Source: an uncultured Clostridia bacterium (GTDB lineage: Bacteria > Bacillota > Clostridia > TANB77 > CAG-508). Taken from it: a stretch of 64,000 nt of DNA. The DNA is taken from positions 30,245-94,244 of the forward strand of contig CATLHF010000005.1 in the NCBI GenBank assembly GCA_949948835.1, written 5' to 3'. Below are positions 11,330 through 22,296 of the stretch, one piece after another. The notes beneath the pieces were generated by a model. The model worked only from the letters and a program-made list of their open reading frames with translations, was not told the DNA's origin and did not search any database. Position numbers and translations under genes: made by a program. The first letter of the stretch is position 1; every line of letters begins with the position of its first letter.

Positions 11330-13432
11330 TTAATTTTGTGTTTGGGTATATGGTGTTGCTGTTACATCTTCTGTTACTTGCTCCGCATTCATTCCAAAAT
11401 ATTGTGCCATAACATCACGGGCAGCTTCTGCTGTATATCCTCCATGTCCACCATTCTCTACTAAAATAACAACTGCAATTTCTGGATTATCGAATGGTGC
11501 AAATCCGATAAACCAAGCATGAGTAATTTCATTTCCTTGTTTGTCTTCTCCTGCTTGTGCAGAACCCGTTTTTCCTCCTACTTCGATATTGAAATTTCTA
11601 AAGTAAGAATATGCTGTTCCTCCTCTATCACTCGTAACGGATTTCATACCATTTAGAATAACTTTTAAATTATCTGGGTTAATGGTAATTCCGTCATTTT
11701 CTTCTTCTGTTATTCCTAATTTTTCATTAAAGTATGCTTCGTATTCTTGTTTTGGCACTTCTGTACCATCTACGTTTCTGATTTGTTTAATAATAGTTGG
11801 TTTAATGACATTTCCGCCATTTGTTAGCATACTTGTATATTTTGCCATTTGTATTGGTGTAAACAAATTGTTAATCTGTCCAATTGCTGCTTGGATGGTA
11901 TCTCCTGGGTTCCAAGTAACTCCTTCTTTTCTTTCATTTGTTCTTCCTTTTTCTTCCCCTGGAAGTTCAATTCCTGTTTTCTTTCCTAAACCAAAATGCT
12001 TGGTATATCTTGCTAAATTATCAATTCCTGCTAAACGTCCCGTTTCATAAAAGAAATAGTTACAAGAATGTTGTATTGCTGATGTTACATTCATTGGACC
12101 ATGTCCTCTACGATTCCAGCAATATGGTTGATAATCTTTATAATACGTATATCTTCCTACATCGTTAATTCTTGTGTTTTTGTTAATAACTCTTGTCTCT
12201 AATCCTGTTACTGCAGTAACCATTTTGTAAATAGAACCTGGTTGGTAAATCTCTTGAAGAGCACGATTACGTAATGGTTTATTGATTGCATCATTATAAA
12301 CATTCCATGTTGCTGAATCAATTCCAAATGTGAATTTAGAAGGCTCATAATCTGGATAACTTGCCATTGCTAAAACTTCTCCGGTTTTTACATCCATCAC
12401 TACCATCGCTCCACCTGTTGCATTAGATGTTTCACTAAAGCCACCGTTTCTTATTTTTTCAACATTATTTTTTAGTGCTTGCTCAGTGGCAGCTTGTAAA
12501 TTAGCATCAATTGTCAAAATAACATCTGCACCTTGTATGGCTTCTTTTTGTATATATTCATCAGTTACCGTTCCGTCTACCGCCATATCAATTTGTTTAA
12601 TACCATCCGCTCCTCTTAAATATTTTTCTGCTATTTTTTCAATTCCTGCTTGTCCATAAAAATCGTTCATTGTATAGCCATTTTCTTTTTCTTGCTTATA
12701 TTGTTCATCTGTAATTCTTGATGTATATCCTAAAATATGAGATGCCAACGTTCCTTTTGGATAGTATCGAATTGGTTGTGTTATGGTATTAATTCCTGGA
12801 AATGAATCCTTTTGTTCATTAAATATATTAAAGCTTTCTAAACTAATATTGTTGGCTATTGTAACCGATTTTGTCGCACTATAGCCTTCTACTGCTATAT
12901 GATATCTCATTGCAATTATTTTTCTTGTTTCTTCAATATTGTCATTTTCTATTTTATATTTTTCTTTAAATTTATAAAAAGTTTCTTCTGGCGACAAATT
13001 TTCATCTAACTTATTGCTTGTTTTCCACTTTTTTTGTCTTTGTTCATCTTGATAAGTAAATGCAAATGGGTTAATTGTTATTGGAAAATCATCAATATAT
13101 TTACTGTTATTTTGTTCTAATACATTTGCAATTTTAAGTAAGGTTTCATTTAAGGTGTTATTATCAATCTTACTTTTATAAATTTCTAAGCTAAAACTAG
13201 TAGTGGTTCCTACCATATCGGTTCCACTTCGATCTGTAATAGAGCCTCTTGCTGCTTTTAAAGTACTTTCTCTAGTTAATCTGGTATTGGAGGTTTGTCT
13301 ATATTCTTCCCCATGAATAATTTGGAGATTAAATAGTTGAACAAGCAAAATAATTCCAACCAAATAAACGCCAGTTATGACAATATTATAGCGAAATTTA
13401 TAGTTTGGTTTATTGGTTTTTGATACTTTCAC
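11330..13432 (-). CDS. Penicillin-binding protein 2 / peptidoglycan D,D-transpeptidase (MrdA/SpoVD family).
   Basis: 700 aa with an N-terminal TM anchor and a transpeptidase domain. Located between mreD and minC. Confidence 0.85.
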   Translation of the reverse strand: MKVSKTNKPNYKFRYNIVITGVYLVGIILLVQLFNLQIIHGEEYRQTSNTRLTRESTLKAARGSITDRSGTDMVGTTTSFSLEIYKSKIDNNTLNETLLKIANVLEQNNSKYIDDFPITINPFAFTYQDEQRQKKWKTSNKLDENLSPEETFYKFKEKYKIENDNIEETRKIIAMRYHIAVEGYSATKSVTIANNISLESFNIFNEQKDSFPGINTITQPIRYYPKGTLASHILGYTSRITDEQYKQEKENGYTMNDFYGQAGIEKIAEKYLRGADGIKQIDMAVDGTVTDEYIQKEAIQGADVILTIDANLQAATEQALKNNVEKIRNGGFSETSNATGGAMVVMDVKTGEVLAMASYPDYEPSKFTFGIDSATWNVYNDAINKPLRNRALQEIYQPGSIYKMVTAVTGLETRVINKNTRINDVGRYTYYKDYQPYCWNRRGHGPMNVTSAIQHSCNYFFYETGRLAGIDNLARYTKHFGLGKKTGIELPGEEKGRTNERKEGVTWNPGDTIQAAIGQINNLFTPIQMAKYTSMLTNGGNVIKPTIIKQIRNVDGTEVPKQEYEAYFNEKLGITEEENDGITINPDNLKVILNGMKSVTSDRGGTAYSYFRNFNIEVGGKTGSAQAGEDKQGNEITHAWFIGFAPFDNPEIAVVILVENGGHGGYTAEAARDVMAQYFGMNAEQVTEDVTATPYTQTQN

Positions 13433-13450
13433 TTGTATGCCCTCCTTCTT

Positions 13451-13984
13451 TTAAAAATATCTGGTTAAGATTTTCTTTTGACGAAATACTTCTTCTATAT
13501 AATATCCTGCTTTTTGTAGCAAAGAATAAAAGATAATGACAAGAAGTATATGATAAACAATTTCTATCATAATAATTTTTAAAAACGGTATTATTTCAAT
13601 AGTTGATGATAGGATGAAATGATTTAGTATATACATTCCAAATTCATAAACAAATGTAACCACTGCTGTCATTAAGATAATCGTCATTCTACTATCTTTG
13701 GAAAAGTTTTTATCTAGAATTCCTCCTAATCCCCCTATAACTCCTAGCATAATTGCAGATACTCCTATTTTTTTACTAATAAAAAAATCTAACATAAGTC
13801 CCATTAGTAATCCAAGTGGAATTCCAATTCTTTTACCACCAAATAGAGCTATAAATAAAACAAATATCACAAAAAGATTCGGAGAAATTCCTGCAATGGT
13901 AAACCAATTAAAAAAATTGATTTGTAAAAAATATAAGATTAAGAATAATAGAATGATTCCTATTACAATTAAGGTATTTTTCAT
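13451..13984 (-). CDS. mreD: Rod shape-determining protein MreD.
   Basis: 177-aa polytopic membrane protein immediately downstream of mreC. Confidence 0.75.
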   Translation of the reverse strand: MKNTLIVIGIILLFLILYFLQINFFNWFTIAGISPNLFVIFVLFIALFGGKRIGIPLGLLMGLMLDFFISKKIGVSAIMLGVIGGLGGILDKNFSKDSRMTIILMTAVVTFVYEFGMYILNHFILSSTIEIIPFLKIIMIEIVYHILLVIIFYSLLQKAGYYIEEVFRQKKILTRYF

Positions 13985-14053
13985 AACCGTCTCCTTGTAT
14001 ATATTTTCTATGTGTTATTTATTGGGTCGATAAAAGCGCCCGACCTCTACATT

Positions 14054-14866
14054 TTATTTGGTGATAACTAGTACAGTATCTACTTTGTCGAAATTAACGG
14101 CTGGTTCAATGATAGCATAACGGTCTGAGATGTTTTTGGTAGATACTACTTTTTTAACTGTTCCAATATGAATACCTTTTGGATAAATTCCACCCATTCC
14201 AGAGGTTTCTATTTTATCCCCTTGTACGATACTTGCTGTCGTTGGAACATAAGTTGCCCTTAGACTTCCACTTTCTTCTAATGTTCCTTTGCAAATTAAA
14301 TTATCTTTGGAAGAAGATAGTGTTGCACTTACTGTGCTTGCTGTATCAATAATGGTTTGTACTTTTGAGGTATGATCCGTTGTAGAAATGACATAACCTA
14401 CTAATCCTTTTTCTGAAATAACCGTCATATTTGGTTTTATTCCATCTTTTTGTCCTATATTAATAATAAAGATATTGCTATAGTTACTATAGTCTTTATT
14501 TATAATATAAGCAGCTTTTGTTTCGTAATTTCCATATTGTTCGGATAAGTTTAAGTATTCTTTTAATGTTGTGTTTTCATTTTTTACAATTTCAAGTTCT
14601 CGCAAATTTTTTTCTAATTCTGCATTCTTGCTTTTAAGTTCTTCATTTTCTTGTTGTAATTTATTAATATCCTCAAAAAATGTATGGTTTCTACTTATTT
14701 TGTTTTTTAAATATGTTAATCCATTTTGAATTGGCATAACTACCGCTGAAACTGCATTTTCAATATAGGATAAATTTTCTAGGTTCATGTTGGATATGAA
14801 TACTAACATAATTAATATGATAACAGTAATAATAATTCCTACAATTCCCGTCTTTTTTTTATTCAT
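14054..14866 (-). CDS. mreC: Rod shape-determining protein MreC.
   Basis: N-terminal TM segment, a coiled coil (LQQENEELKSKNAELEKNLRELE) and a C-terminal beta domain. Sits between mreB and mreD. Confidence 0.85.
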   Translation of the reverse strand: MNKKKTGIVGIIITVIILIMLVFISNMNLENLSYIENAVSAVVMPIQNGLTYLKNKISRNHTFFEDINKLQQENEELKSKNAELEKNLRELEIVKNENTTLKEYLNLSEQYGNYETKAAYIINKDYSNYSNIFIINIGQKDGIKPNMTVISEKGLVGYVISTTDHTSKVQTIIDTASTVSATLSSSKDNLICKGTLEESGSLRATYVPTTASIVQGDKIETSGMGGIYPKGIHIGTVKKVVSTKNISDRYAIIEPAVNFDKVDTVLVITK

Positions 14867-14893
14867 GTTTTCCTCCTAATTTTAGAGTGTTTT

Positions 14894-15976
14894 TTAGGTT
14901 CTTCTAGCATTTAATAAGACGTTCTTTAGCCTATCTAAATCTTCTAGCGTTTTTCCCGTTCCTTTTACAACGCAATCTAATGGGTCCTCTGCTATATAAA
15001 CTGGCATTCCCGTTTTCGTGCTTAATAATTTATCTAGGTTTTGAATTAGTGCTCCCCCTCCTGCAAGAACAATTCCTTTTTCCATAATGTCTGATGCTAA
15101 TTCCGGTGGTGTTTTTTCTAAAGTTGTTTTTACAATTTCTACAATTTCATTAATCGATTCTGCCATAGCATCTTGTATTTGTGAAGATGTAATTACTACA
15201 TTTTTTGGTAGTCCTGTTGTTAAATCTCTTCCTCTAATTTCTTTTGACATTTCGCTCATAAGTGGAAGAGCACATCCAATTTCTTTTTTAATTTCTTCTG
15301 CTGTTGTTTCTCCAATAGCTAAATTACATTCTCTTTTAATATAATTTACAATGTCTTCGTCTAATTCATCTCCTGCAACTCTTAGAGAATGGCTAACAAC
15401 AATTCCTCCTAATGATACAACTGCTACCTCTGTTGTTCCTCCACCAATATCTACAATAATGCTTCCACTTGGTTCTGCAACATCCAGATTAGCACCAATT
15501 GCTGCTGCCATTGGTTCTTCAATTAAATAAACCTCTCTTGCTCCTGCTTGAATAACAGATTCTTTTACAGCTCTTTCTTCTACTTCTGTAATACCAGATG
15601 GAACACCAACCACAACTCTTGGTTTTCCTGCATTATATTTTTTACAAACTTTTTCTAATATATTTCTTAACATTAATTGTGTTGCTGTAAAATCAGCAAT
15701 CACACCATCTTTTAATGGTCTTACTGCTTTAATTTGGTCTGGTGTTCTTCCTAACATTTCTTTTGCGTCCATTCCTGTTGCTACAATATTTCCTGTTCTT
15801 TTTTCAATCGCCACGACAGATGGCTCTTTTAAAACAATTCCCTTTCCTTTTAGTGTTACTAGCATATTCGCTGTTCCTAAATCGATTCCAATATCTTTAC
15901 TGCCAATTCCAAACAATTTCATCATATTTTTATCTTCCTTTCTTTTTAAATACGCTCTCAAAACAATTATCTCCAA
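14894..15976 (-). CDS. mreB: Rod shape-determining protein MreB (actin homolog). The true start is probably the internal MMKLFG near 15926.
   Basis: Actin-fold motifs [11 protein letters not shown] and [11 protein letters not shown], and the MreB C-terminus. Confidence 0.9.
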   Translation of the reverse strand: MEIIVLRAYLKRKEDKNMMKLFGIGSKDIGIDLGTANMLVTLKGKGIVLKEPSVVAIEKRTGNIVATGMDAKEMLGRTPDQIKAVRPLKDGVIADFTATQLMLRNILEKVCKKYNAGKPRVVVGVPSGITEVEERAVKESVIQAGAREVYLIEEPMAAAIGANLDVAEPSGSIIVDIGGGTTEVAVVSLGGIVVSHSLRVAGDELDEDIVNYIKRECNLAIGETTAEEIKKEIGCALPLMSEMSKEIRGRDLTTGLPKNVVITSSQIQDAMAESINEIVEIVKTTLEKTPPELASDIMEKGIVLAGGGALIQNLDKLLSTKTGMPVYIAEDPLDCVVKGTGKTLEDLDRLKNVLLNARRT

Positions 15977-16626
15977 TAATAACGTGGTCTAATAGAGTAA
16001 TTCCCATTATATCTGCACATTCATAAATTCGGTCTGTTACTCTATAGTCTGCATCACTTGGTGATGGATCCCCACTTGGGTGATTATGCACCAAGATAAT
16101 TTTAGGTGCATTCATTTTGATAGGCTCTGCAAGAATATTTAATGGCTCAATACTTGCAAAGCTTGTACCACCGAAGTGTAATATTGATATTTTTTAGTAC
16201 TACGTTTTTGGAATTTAAGATTAAGAGTTTGACGATTTCTCTTTTTTCATATTTTAATTCGTCCATTAATAAGTCTGCTACATCTTTTGTCGTTTTAATC
16301 ACTGTTTTTAAGGAATGAATTGGTTTTGACATTCTTTTAGCAAGTTCACAAGTAGCTAAGATTTGTATTGCTTTTACTTTTCCGATTCCTTTGATTTTCA
16401 TTAGTTCTTCCATTGATATATCTTGTAGAAATCGTAGGTCTTTTGCTCCATTTGCGTTTTGTAAGTTTAGTATTTTTTGTGCAAGTCCAACAGAGGTATC
16501 CTCTTTTGTTCCGCATTTTATAATAATTGCTAATAATTCGGAATCGGATAACATCTCTGTTCCATACATTTGTGCCTTTTCATAGGGTCTTTCTGATTCT
16601 GGGAGTTCTTTCATTTTTAAACTCAT
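15930..16626 (-). pseudogene. radC: DNA repair protein RadC (JAB/MPN). Frame interrupted at an in-frame CGG (16171-16173, read on the minus strand as CUU-CGG-U).
   Basis: The N-terminal 159-aa ORF is HhH-like. The C-terminal 61-aa ORF carries HNHPSGDPSPS. Skipping the C gives ...NINITL-GGTSFASIEP..., matching the RadC consensus ISIGT..S.VHP. Confidence 0.75.
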
Positions 16627-16663
16627 ATAAGTTCATCCTTTCTTTACCCCCATATTTTATTTG

Positions 16664-16921
16664 TTAGACTTTTCGATAAATAAAAATTGCTATTGCAACT
16701 CCAATAATGCTCGCAATATTAATTTTTAATTGTAGCCCAAATGTTAGTTTTACGATACTTAAATCTAGTGTTAACGGACTAGTAAGTCCAAATTCTTGTC
16801 CATAGGATAACCACCATAAAAAGTCTACACTAGATGCTAATTGTCCTAATAATCCCCCTATTACTAATCCTGATAAGATAAATACCATTAATATCCATAT
16901 ATTTTTTTCTCTTGTTGCCAT
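16664..16921 (-). CDS. DUF4321-family small membrane protein.
   Basis: Likely start MATREKNIWILMVFILSGL, with an RBS AAGGAG 8 nt upstream. Two TM helices. DUF4321 is commonly next to radC/mreB in Firmicutes. Confidence 0.55.
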   Translation of the reverse strand: MATREKNIWILMVFILSGLVIGGLLGQLASSVDFLWWLSYGQEFGLTSPLTLDLSIVKLTFGLQLKINIASIIGVAIAIFIYRKV

Positions 16922-17232
16922 ATTTTTTCTCCTTTTATGTTTCAAAATTCCATTTTTTCCTATGTTTTTATCATCTTTTAGTATTATATATGCATATGGC
17001 ATTTTTTTCAAGTAATCGCTTCCATTTTTTTTATTTTTTTTAGCTTATTTTCTTTTCTTTTTTATTTTGTTATGCTATAGTATTAGTACCAATTTTAGTA
17101 TACGTTCATATCATATATTAATTGGAAATTTAAACTTTTTTATATTGATTTACCAAAAATTGTTTCTTTCAAATTAGTAAAATTCGTAGTATAATAGTAT
17201 TATAAGAAAATTTGGGAGGTATGTGAGGCTTT

Positions 17233-17862
17233 ATGAAAATTGAAAAGTTAAATGACGACAAGATTCGAATTACATTAAATATGGAAGATTTAAAAGAAAA
17301 CGATATTGATTTTCATTCTTTTATGTCTAACCCTATCCAGTCACAAGATTTATTTATGGATATGTTAGAAAAAGCAGAAAAGGAAGTTGGATTTGTTACA
17401 CAAGATTATCGTGTTATGATTGAAGCTCTTGCTATGTCAAATGGCAATTTTGTTTTAACGGTAACTCGTATTTGTCCTGAAAAATCCAAAAATACATATA
17501 AACCTAAAAGATTAAATATAAAGCGAAAGACACCAAATATTGATTCAAAGAAAGTAATTTATGCTTTTGAGAATTTTGATGAGTTTTTAGCTTATTGTGA
17601 ATTTTTAAAAAATGACATATTAAAATATATTGAAGATTTTACTTCTCATACTCGTTTATATGAATATGGTGATAACTATTATTTTGTTTTGGAAGATATT
17701 AAAATGAATGATCACTTGTTAAAATCATTTGCATCTTCTATTACAGAATTTGCACGTTTTATAGAAGATTCAGATTTATTTGAAAGCAAGTTGTTAGAAT
17801 ATGGAACTATCATTTTTAAAGACCATGCCATTCGTGAATGTTTAAAACATTTTATAAAATAA
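17233..17862 (+). CDS. mecA: Adaptor protein MecA (ClpC adaptor).
   Basis: N-terminus MKIEKLNDDKIRITLNMEDLKENDID and overall MecA architecture. RBS GGGAGG upstream. Confidence 0.8.
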   Translation: MKIEKLNDDKIRITLNMEDLKENDIDFHSFMSNPIQSQDLFMDMLEKAEKEVGFVTQDYRVMIEALAMSNGNFVLTVTRICPEKSKNTYKPKRLNIKRKTPNIDSKKVIYAFENFDEFLAYCEFLKNDILKYIEDFTSHTRLYEYGDNYYFVLEDIKMNDHLLKSFASSITEFARFIEDSDLFESKLLEYGTIIFKDHAIRECLKHFIK

Positions 17863-17872
17863 GTTTGTTATA

Positions 17873-17905
17873 GAACTAAAAAAGGAAGCGAAAGCTTCCT
17901 TTTTT
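17873..17905. terminator. Bidirectional terminator between mecA and the M23 peptidase gene.
   Basis: AAGGAAGC-gaaa-GCTTCCTT hairpin flanked by A/T runs on both strands. Confidence 0.6.
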
Positions 17906-18920
17906 AGTATAAATAATTTTGTGGGTTTTGTGCTACCCCATTTACTCTTATTTCTAAATGTAAGTGGTTTCCATAGGAACGTCCTGTGTTTCCAACAGCT
18001 CCTATTACTTGTCCTTGTGATACTTTTTGTCCTGGTTTTACATATAATGCACTGCAATGTCCATAGGCTGTTTCTACACCATTCCCATGTGAAACTACCA
18101 TATAGTTTCCATATCCTCCATTATATCCTGTACTTGCTGAAATAACTGTGCCAGATGCTGCTACTTTAATTGGTGTTCCTTTTGGTGCTCCAATATCAAT
18201 TCCTTTATGAGTTGAACCCCATCTTCCTCCAAATCTTGAAGTAACTGTTCCTGAAATTGGTCTTATTAAATTAACTCCTAACGCTATTTTTTGATTTGTA
18301 CTATTATATCCTGATGCATATTTTACGTAAGAAGATGATGAATTTGTTTTTACTTTTTTTGTTTCAACTTTTTCATATAATTTTGAAATAACTTCTTCTG
18401 AAGATACAATATCTTTTGGTTCTGCTTCATATTTTACTTCAATTGAAATAGTATCTTTATTTTTACTATTTTTATCTTTCAATCCTTGTACAGCTTTTTC
18501 TGCTTCTTCAAATGTTGCTACATATAATTTTGCTTCTTGGTTATCTAAAATTGCATAATATCTATAATATGCTTTTCCCGATTCTTTTACTGTGTTAAAA
18601 ATTTCGTCATCATTTGTTTGAATATCCTTTTTTAATAAGCATAAGCTATATTCTGGTAAATCATCCACTTGAACAAATGCGATATTTTCTCCATCACCAT
18701 TATCAATATAGTCATTAATTTTACTTTGCAATTCACTCTTATTTTTTGTGTATCCAATAAATTCATTGTTTAATGTTACACTATAAGTTGGTTTATAGAT
18801 AAAAGTAACACCTGCTATTATTAGCATACTTGCAATAAGTACTAGGGAAATCACTTTTACCCAAGATCTAATATGTATTAATAGCTTTTTCATAATGTTT
18901 GCTACTACACTCCTTTTCAT
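17904..18920 (-). CDS. M23 family metallopeptidase (LytM-like), membrane anchored.
   Basis: C-terminal HKGIDIGAPKGTPI...GNYMVVSHGNGVETAYGHC...GNTGRSYGNHLHLEI, with an N-terminal TM segment. Confidence 0.85.
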   Translation of the reverse strand: MKRSVVANIMKKLLIHIRSWVKVISLVLIASMLIIAGVTFIYKPTYSVTLNNEFIGYTKNKSELQSKINDYIDNGDGENIAFVQVDDLPEYSLCLLKKDIQTNDDEIFNTVKESGKAYYRYYAILDNQEAKLYVATFEEAEKAVQGLKDKNSKNKDTISIEVKYEAEPKDIVSSEEVISKLYEKVETKKVKTNSSSSYVKYASGYNSTNQKIALGVNLIRPISGTVTSRFGGRWGSTHKGIDIGAPKGTPIKVAASGTVISASTGYNGGYGNYMVVSHGNGVETAYGHCSALYVKPGQKVSQGQVIGAVGNTGRSYGNHLHLEIRVNGVAQNPQNYLY

Positions 18921-19196
18921 AAAAAATCCTTAAAAACACTCCTGTTTTCAAGCCTTTTTACATTCCACTTTTTTCTATGTTTTCTTTGTTAGTGTCATTT
19001 TATCGTAACTATTTTTTTTACACAATGACTTTGTGGCTCTGTATATGTTAATTATTTTATTTTATCTTCGATTAACTCGTTTTTACTCTTTCTATCTCTC
19101 TATATTTTATAATTGTAATCAAATTGTAATATTTTGTCGAAACATTAGGCTTTATAAGGATTAAAATTTTTTATTTTTTTATGTAAAAAAGGATTG

Positions 19197-19230
19197 CATT
19201 AAATGCAATCCAAAATTTATTTATTCATCT
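19197..19230 (-). terminator. Rho-independent terminator of pilin-like gene A.
   Basis: GGATTGCATT-taat-GCAATCC followed by TTTTTT on the minus strand. Confidence 0.6.
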
Positions 19231-20367
19231 ATAATTGTCCATGCTCCTTCTTCATTCTTTCCATTTGTTTTAACTGTTGGTTTTAAATAGACAACGGCTC
19301 TAGGAACCATCATCCAAGTATCATTTTCCCCAACTGTCGCCCACTGAGCCTCAGCAAGATTATATCCGTGCAATAATACCACCATAATTGCTAGATTGAA
19401 TAAAAGTTCCTAAATAGTATCGATTATTTTCAATATAACTAGTACGAGAAGCTATATAATACATTCCCCCTTGAAAAATCAAATCATGTAATGGATGGTC
19501 GGAACTTATGACATCTGTATGCTTATATGAGTAATTTTTACTTGTCGTAAGGGTAACATCTGCTGTTTGTTCACTTATACCTGTTTCAGTAGCGGTTGTA
19601 GGGAAACATGCATAACGGCTATCCCATGTTTCTTCTGTAGGGTTTGGTGTATATCCTAATGCTCTGTTAATATCTTCTATTGTAACACTTCTTGCACCAC
19701 TTCCTGTTATCGTTCCTGTTTTTAATATATCTCGTGGACCTCCTGTTTGATAAGTAAATGTTTTAGTAGTATCTGCTCCTTTTCCATAGCCATATATTGC
19801 ACATAATGAATGTAATTCTTGCTCTAGATATAGGTATCCAATCGTTCCTTGTATTTGAAAATAATTTGAAGTTACAGCTCCATTACTCATCAATACTACT
19901 TCTCCTGTTGTAGTATCTTTACTTAATACTCTCCATTTTGCATACGACGTTGGAGTAATAGTTTTTTCTTGATAACCATTCCCATGTGAACTTCCAGTTC
20001 CTTTTGGCGATGTATAACTTAGTTTAGATGGATCAGTTACTCCATCTGTTGGATCATATGCTACATAATCTCCTATATTTACTTTATCTGCTAACCTCCA
20101 TGGTCCTACTGGGTCTTCTGGTCCTTCTCCTTCTGAATTACTGTTTCCATTTTCACCTGGTATCATATTCTGTGCTTCGTTAAAGAAATTTCCTATTGCA
20201 CCTTGCTCATATTCTGCTGCATTTTGATAATTCTTTCCTGACTCTTTTGCCATGGTTAAGATTCCATGTTCACCTATTGTTAGGTTTATTGTAATCCCTG
20301 TCAAAATTAGTAATACAATAATTGTAATCACAAGCGCTATTAATGTAATACCTTTTCTACTTTTCAT
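19221..20367 (-). pseudogene. Pilin-like variable protein, paralog A. Frame interrupted at an in-frame CGG (19366-19368) and continues in +1 to 19221.
   Basis: N-terminus MKSRKGITLIALVITIIVLLILTGITI. Frame 0 stops 2 codons after GCA-CGG-A. Skipping the C yields ...MMVPRAVVYLKPTVKTNGKNEEGAWTIIDE, which matches the C-terminal motif of paralog B (GIRPVVHLKTG). Confidence 0.6.
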
Positions 20368-20475
20368 TTTCTTTTGTTCCTCCTATCTTAAATTTCCTAG
20401 TTTTGTATTTTACTACTTGTATGAATAGTATGCACAATTTAAAATAACTTCATACTTGTTTAACACTATGCTATC

Positions 20476-20504
20476 ATTTTATGGTTACTAATGATATTTG
20501 TCAA
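20476..20504 (-). promoter_or_regulatory. Sigma-A-type promoter of paralog A.
   Basis: Minus strand reads TTGACA, 17 nt, TAAAAT (plus-strand tgtcaa at 20499-20504 and atttta at 20476-20481). Confidence 0.5.
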
Positions 20505-20649
20505 GTGTTTTATTTATTTATTAAATTTTTATTAGTAAAGCAAAAGAGAACAGTAGTATTGCTTAGTATCCTCTTTTTAAAAAGTATATTGTAATTTTTT
20601 TAGTCTTTCTATTGTTGTTTTTAGCATTTCTTCATATTTTTCAAGTTTT

Positions 20650-20725
20650 CACTTTTCTTTTGTCTCCTTTTACTTTTTTGTTTTATTATACATTTGCGTT
20701 TAGGAGAACTCAATAAAATGAATAG
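20650..20725 (-). promoter_or_regulatory. Orphan copy of the conserved paralog promoter-5'UTR-start cassette. Its start codon is mutated to GTG and is followed by an immediate stop.
   Basis: About 75 bp nearly identical to the regions upstream of genes B and C (TTGAGT-17-TATAAT plus RBS AAAGGAGA), but GTG AAA ACT TGA follows. Confidence 0.55.
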
Positions 20726-20997
20726 AATTTAAGTATAATATTTTTACATAATCTCTTTGATTATCTTTGCAAATTCTTCACTAATTCCTTTTACTTCCAT
20801 TAACTCTTATGCGGACTAATGTCTTTTCGTTTACCTATCGTATAATAAATATCTGTCTTTGTATTAATATCTTTTTAACAATTTTCTTTCTATTTTTATT
20901 ACCTCTATTTTGGTCAAAGTATTAGAGTTTTTAAAGATTCAATTTTTTTAAAAAATTTTATAACAAAAGAAGGTATTTTATAAATACCTTCTCATTA

Positions 20998-22023
20998 TTA
21001 TTTAGATTGTAAATTCCACATATTAGTAGTTTCATTCCATTGTGCCATGATTCCAGTTTTTAAATGAACAACTGGGCGTATTCCAAACTTATTAAGGTTA
21101 ATAGACATCGAATTTAACCCATTCGTATATTGAACCGTACAAATTACATTTGGCTTATTTAACGTAGTGCCAGCACCGTGAGGTGTTGCTAAAACATATC
21201 CACAGTTAGTACCAACATAGTCTGTGTGTGGAAAATACAATTCATCACTCGTATCTATATTAATCAAAGGGGTATCAGGAGCGTTTTTAGAATAGGTAAC
21301 CCCGTAATCTGAAGCCCCTAATCTACCTAAATAATTTGTTCCGCTCTTTTCATCATAACTTGATGCAAACATTCTTACAGTTGGACCTCCAATAGCCAGG
21401 TCTGCATAATTAGTATTAACAAAAGAACCCCAATTATTTGTATTTAATAATGTTGATACTACTTTTGAGTTATCGTAATTACTTCTCAACTGAAAAGGTT
21501 GAATAAATAAATTGGCATTTGTTGACCAATTTGACTGAAATGTTGGAACTGTATTCCAATATACATTATAGTCCCCACTTGTTACACTTCCTGTTGAAGC
21601 AGTTGGTACTTTGGAAGCAGGTATACAATCTGAGGCTATTATAAACACCTCGCCATTTGCATCCTTATAAAATAGTTTCCAATCTTCAATTCCATTTGCA
21701 CTATAATTTACTCTATCTCCATAATAATTTGAAATTAATGTATCACCTAATTCAACTACACTAGTTGGTCTTCCCGTATCTCCTGGATTTGTTCCTGTTC
21801 CATTACCATTTCCACCTGCTATGATATTCTGTGCTTCGTTAAAGAAATTTCCTATTGCACCTTGCTCATATTCCGCTGCATTTTGATAATTCTTTCCTGC
21901 CTGTTTTGCCATGATTAAGATACCATGTTCTCCTATTGTTAGATTAATTGTAATTCCTGCTAAAATTAATAATACAATAATTGTGATAACTAATGCGATA
22001 AGTGTTATTCCCTTGTTTTTCAT
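20998..22023 (-). CDS. Pilin-like variable protein, paralog B (341 aa).
   Basis: Conserved N-terminal 65 aa MKNKGITLIALVITIIVLLILAGITINLTIGEHGIL...NFFNEAQNII. Divergent core. C-terminus has GIRPVVHLKTG. Confidence 0.7.
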   Translation of the reverse strand: MKNKGITLIALVITIIVLLILAGITINLTIGEHGILIMAKQAGKNYQNAAEYEQGAIGNFFNEAQNIIAGGNGNGTGTNPGDTGRPTSVVELGDTLISNYYGDRVNYSANGIEDWKLFYKDANGEVFIIASDCIPASKVPTASTGSVTSGDYNVYWNTVPTFQSNWSTNANLFIQPFQLRSNYDNSKVVSTLLNTNNWGSFVNTNYADLAIGGPTVRMFASSYDEKSGTNYLGRLGASDYGVTYSKNAPDTPLINIDTSDELYFPHTDYVGTNCGYVLATPHGAGTTLNKPNVICTVQYTNGLNSMSINLNKFGIRPVVHLKTGIMAQWNETTNMWNLQSK

Positions 22024-22055
22024 TTTTCTTTTGTCTCCTTTTACTTTTTTGTTTT

Positions 22056-22084
22056 ATTATACATTTACGTTTAGGAGAACTCAA
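22056..22084 (-). promoter_or_regulatory. Conserved sigma-A promoter (TTGAGT-17-TATAAT) of paralog B.
   Basis: Plus strand has actcaa at 22079-22084 and attata at 22056-22061. RBS AAAGGAGA sits 8 nt before the ATG. The same block is repeated at 23290-23318 and 20685-20713. Confidence 0.55.
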
Positions 22085-22296
22085 TAAAATGAATGGTTTT
22101 TGAATATTACTTTTTTACATAATTTTTTCTTTTTTGATTTCTAAGTTTTAGAATTTTTAAGAATACTTTTTGATTTTCTTTGATTTAATTTTTTGAATAA
22201 AACAATTGATATAAATATGCATTTATCATATTATGGCAAATAAAAATAGTCAATCCATTGTAACAATAAATGATTGACTATTTCTATTTCATTTTT

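Noticed and set aside
16171-16200. An initial idea that the radC frameshift was a homopolymer (A6/T6) length error.
   Set aside because: Re-alignment places the shift at CTT-CGG-T, 20 nt away from the A-run. None of the 11 shift sites is in a homopolymer.
17842-18057. 71-aa minus-strand ORF overlapping the 3' end of mecA and the M23 peptidase.
   Set aside because: It overlaps two better-supported genes and a terminator, and has no RBS.
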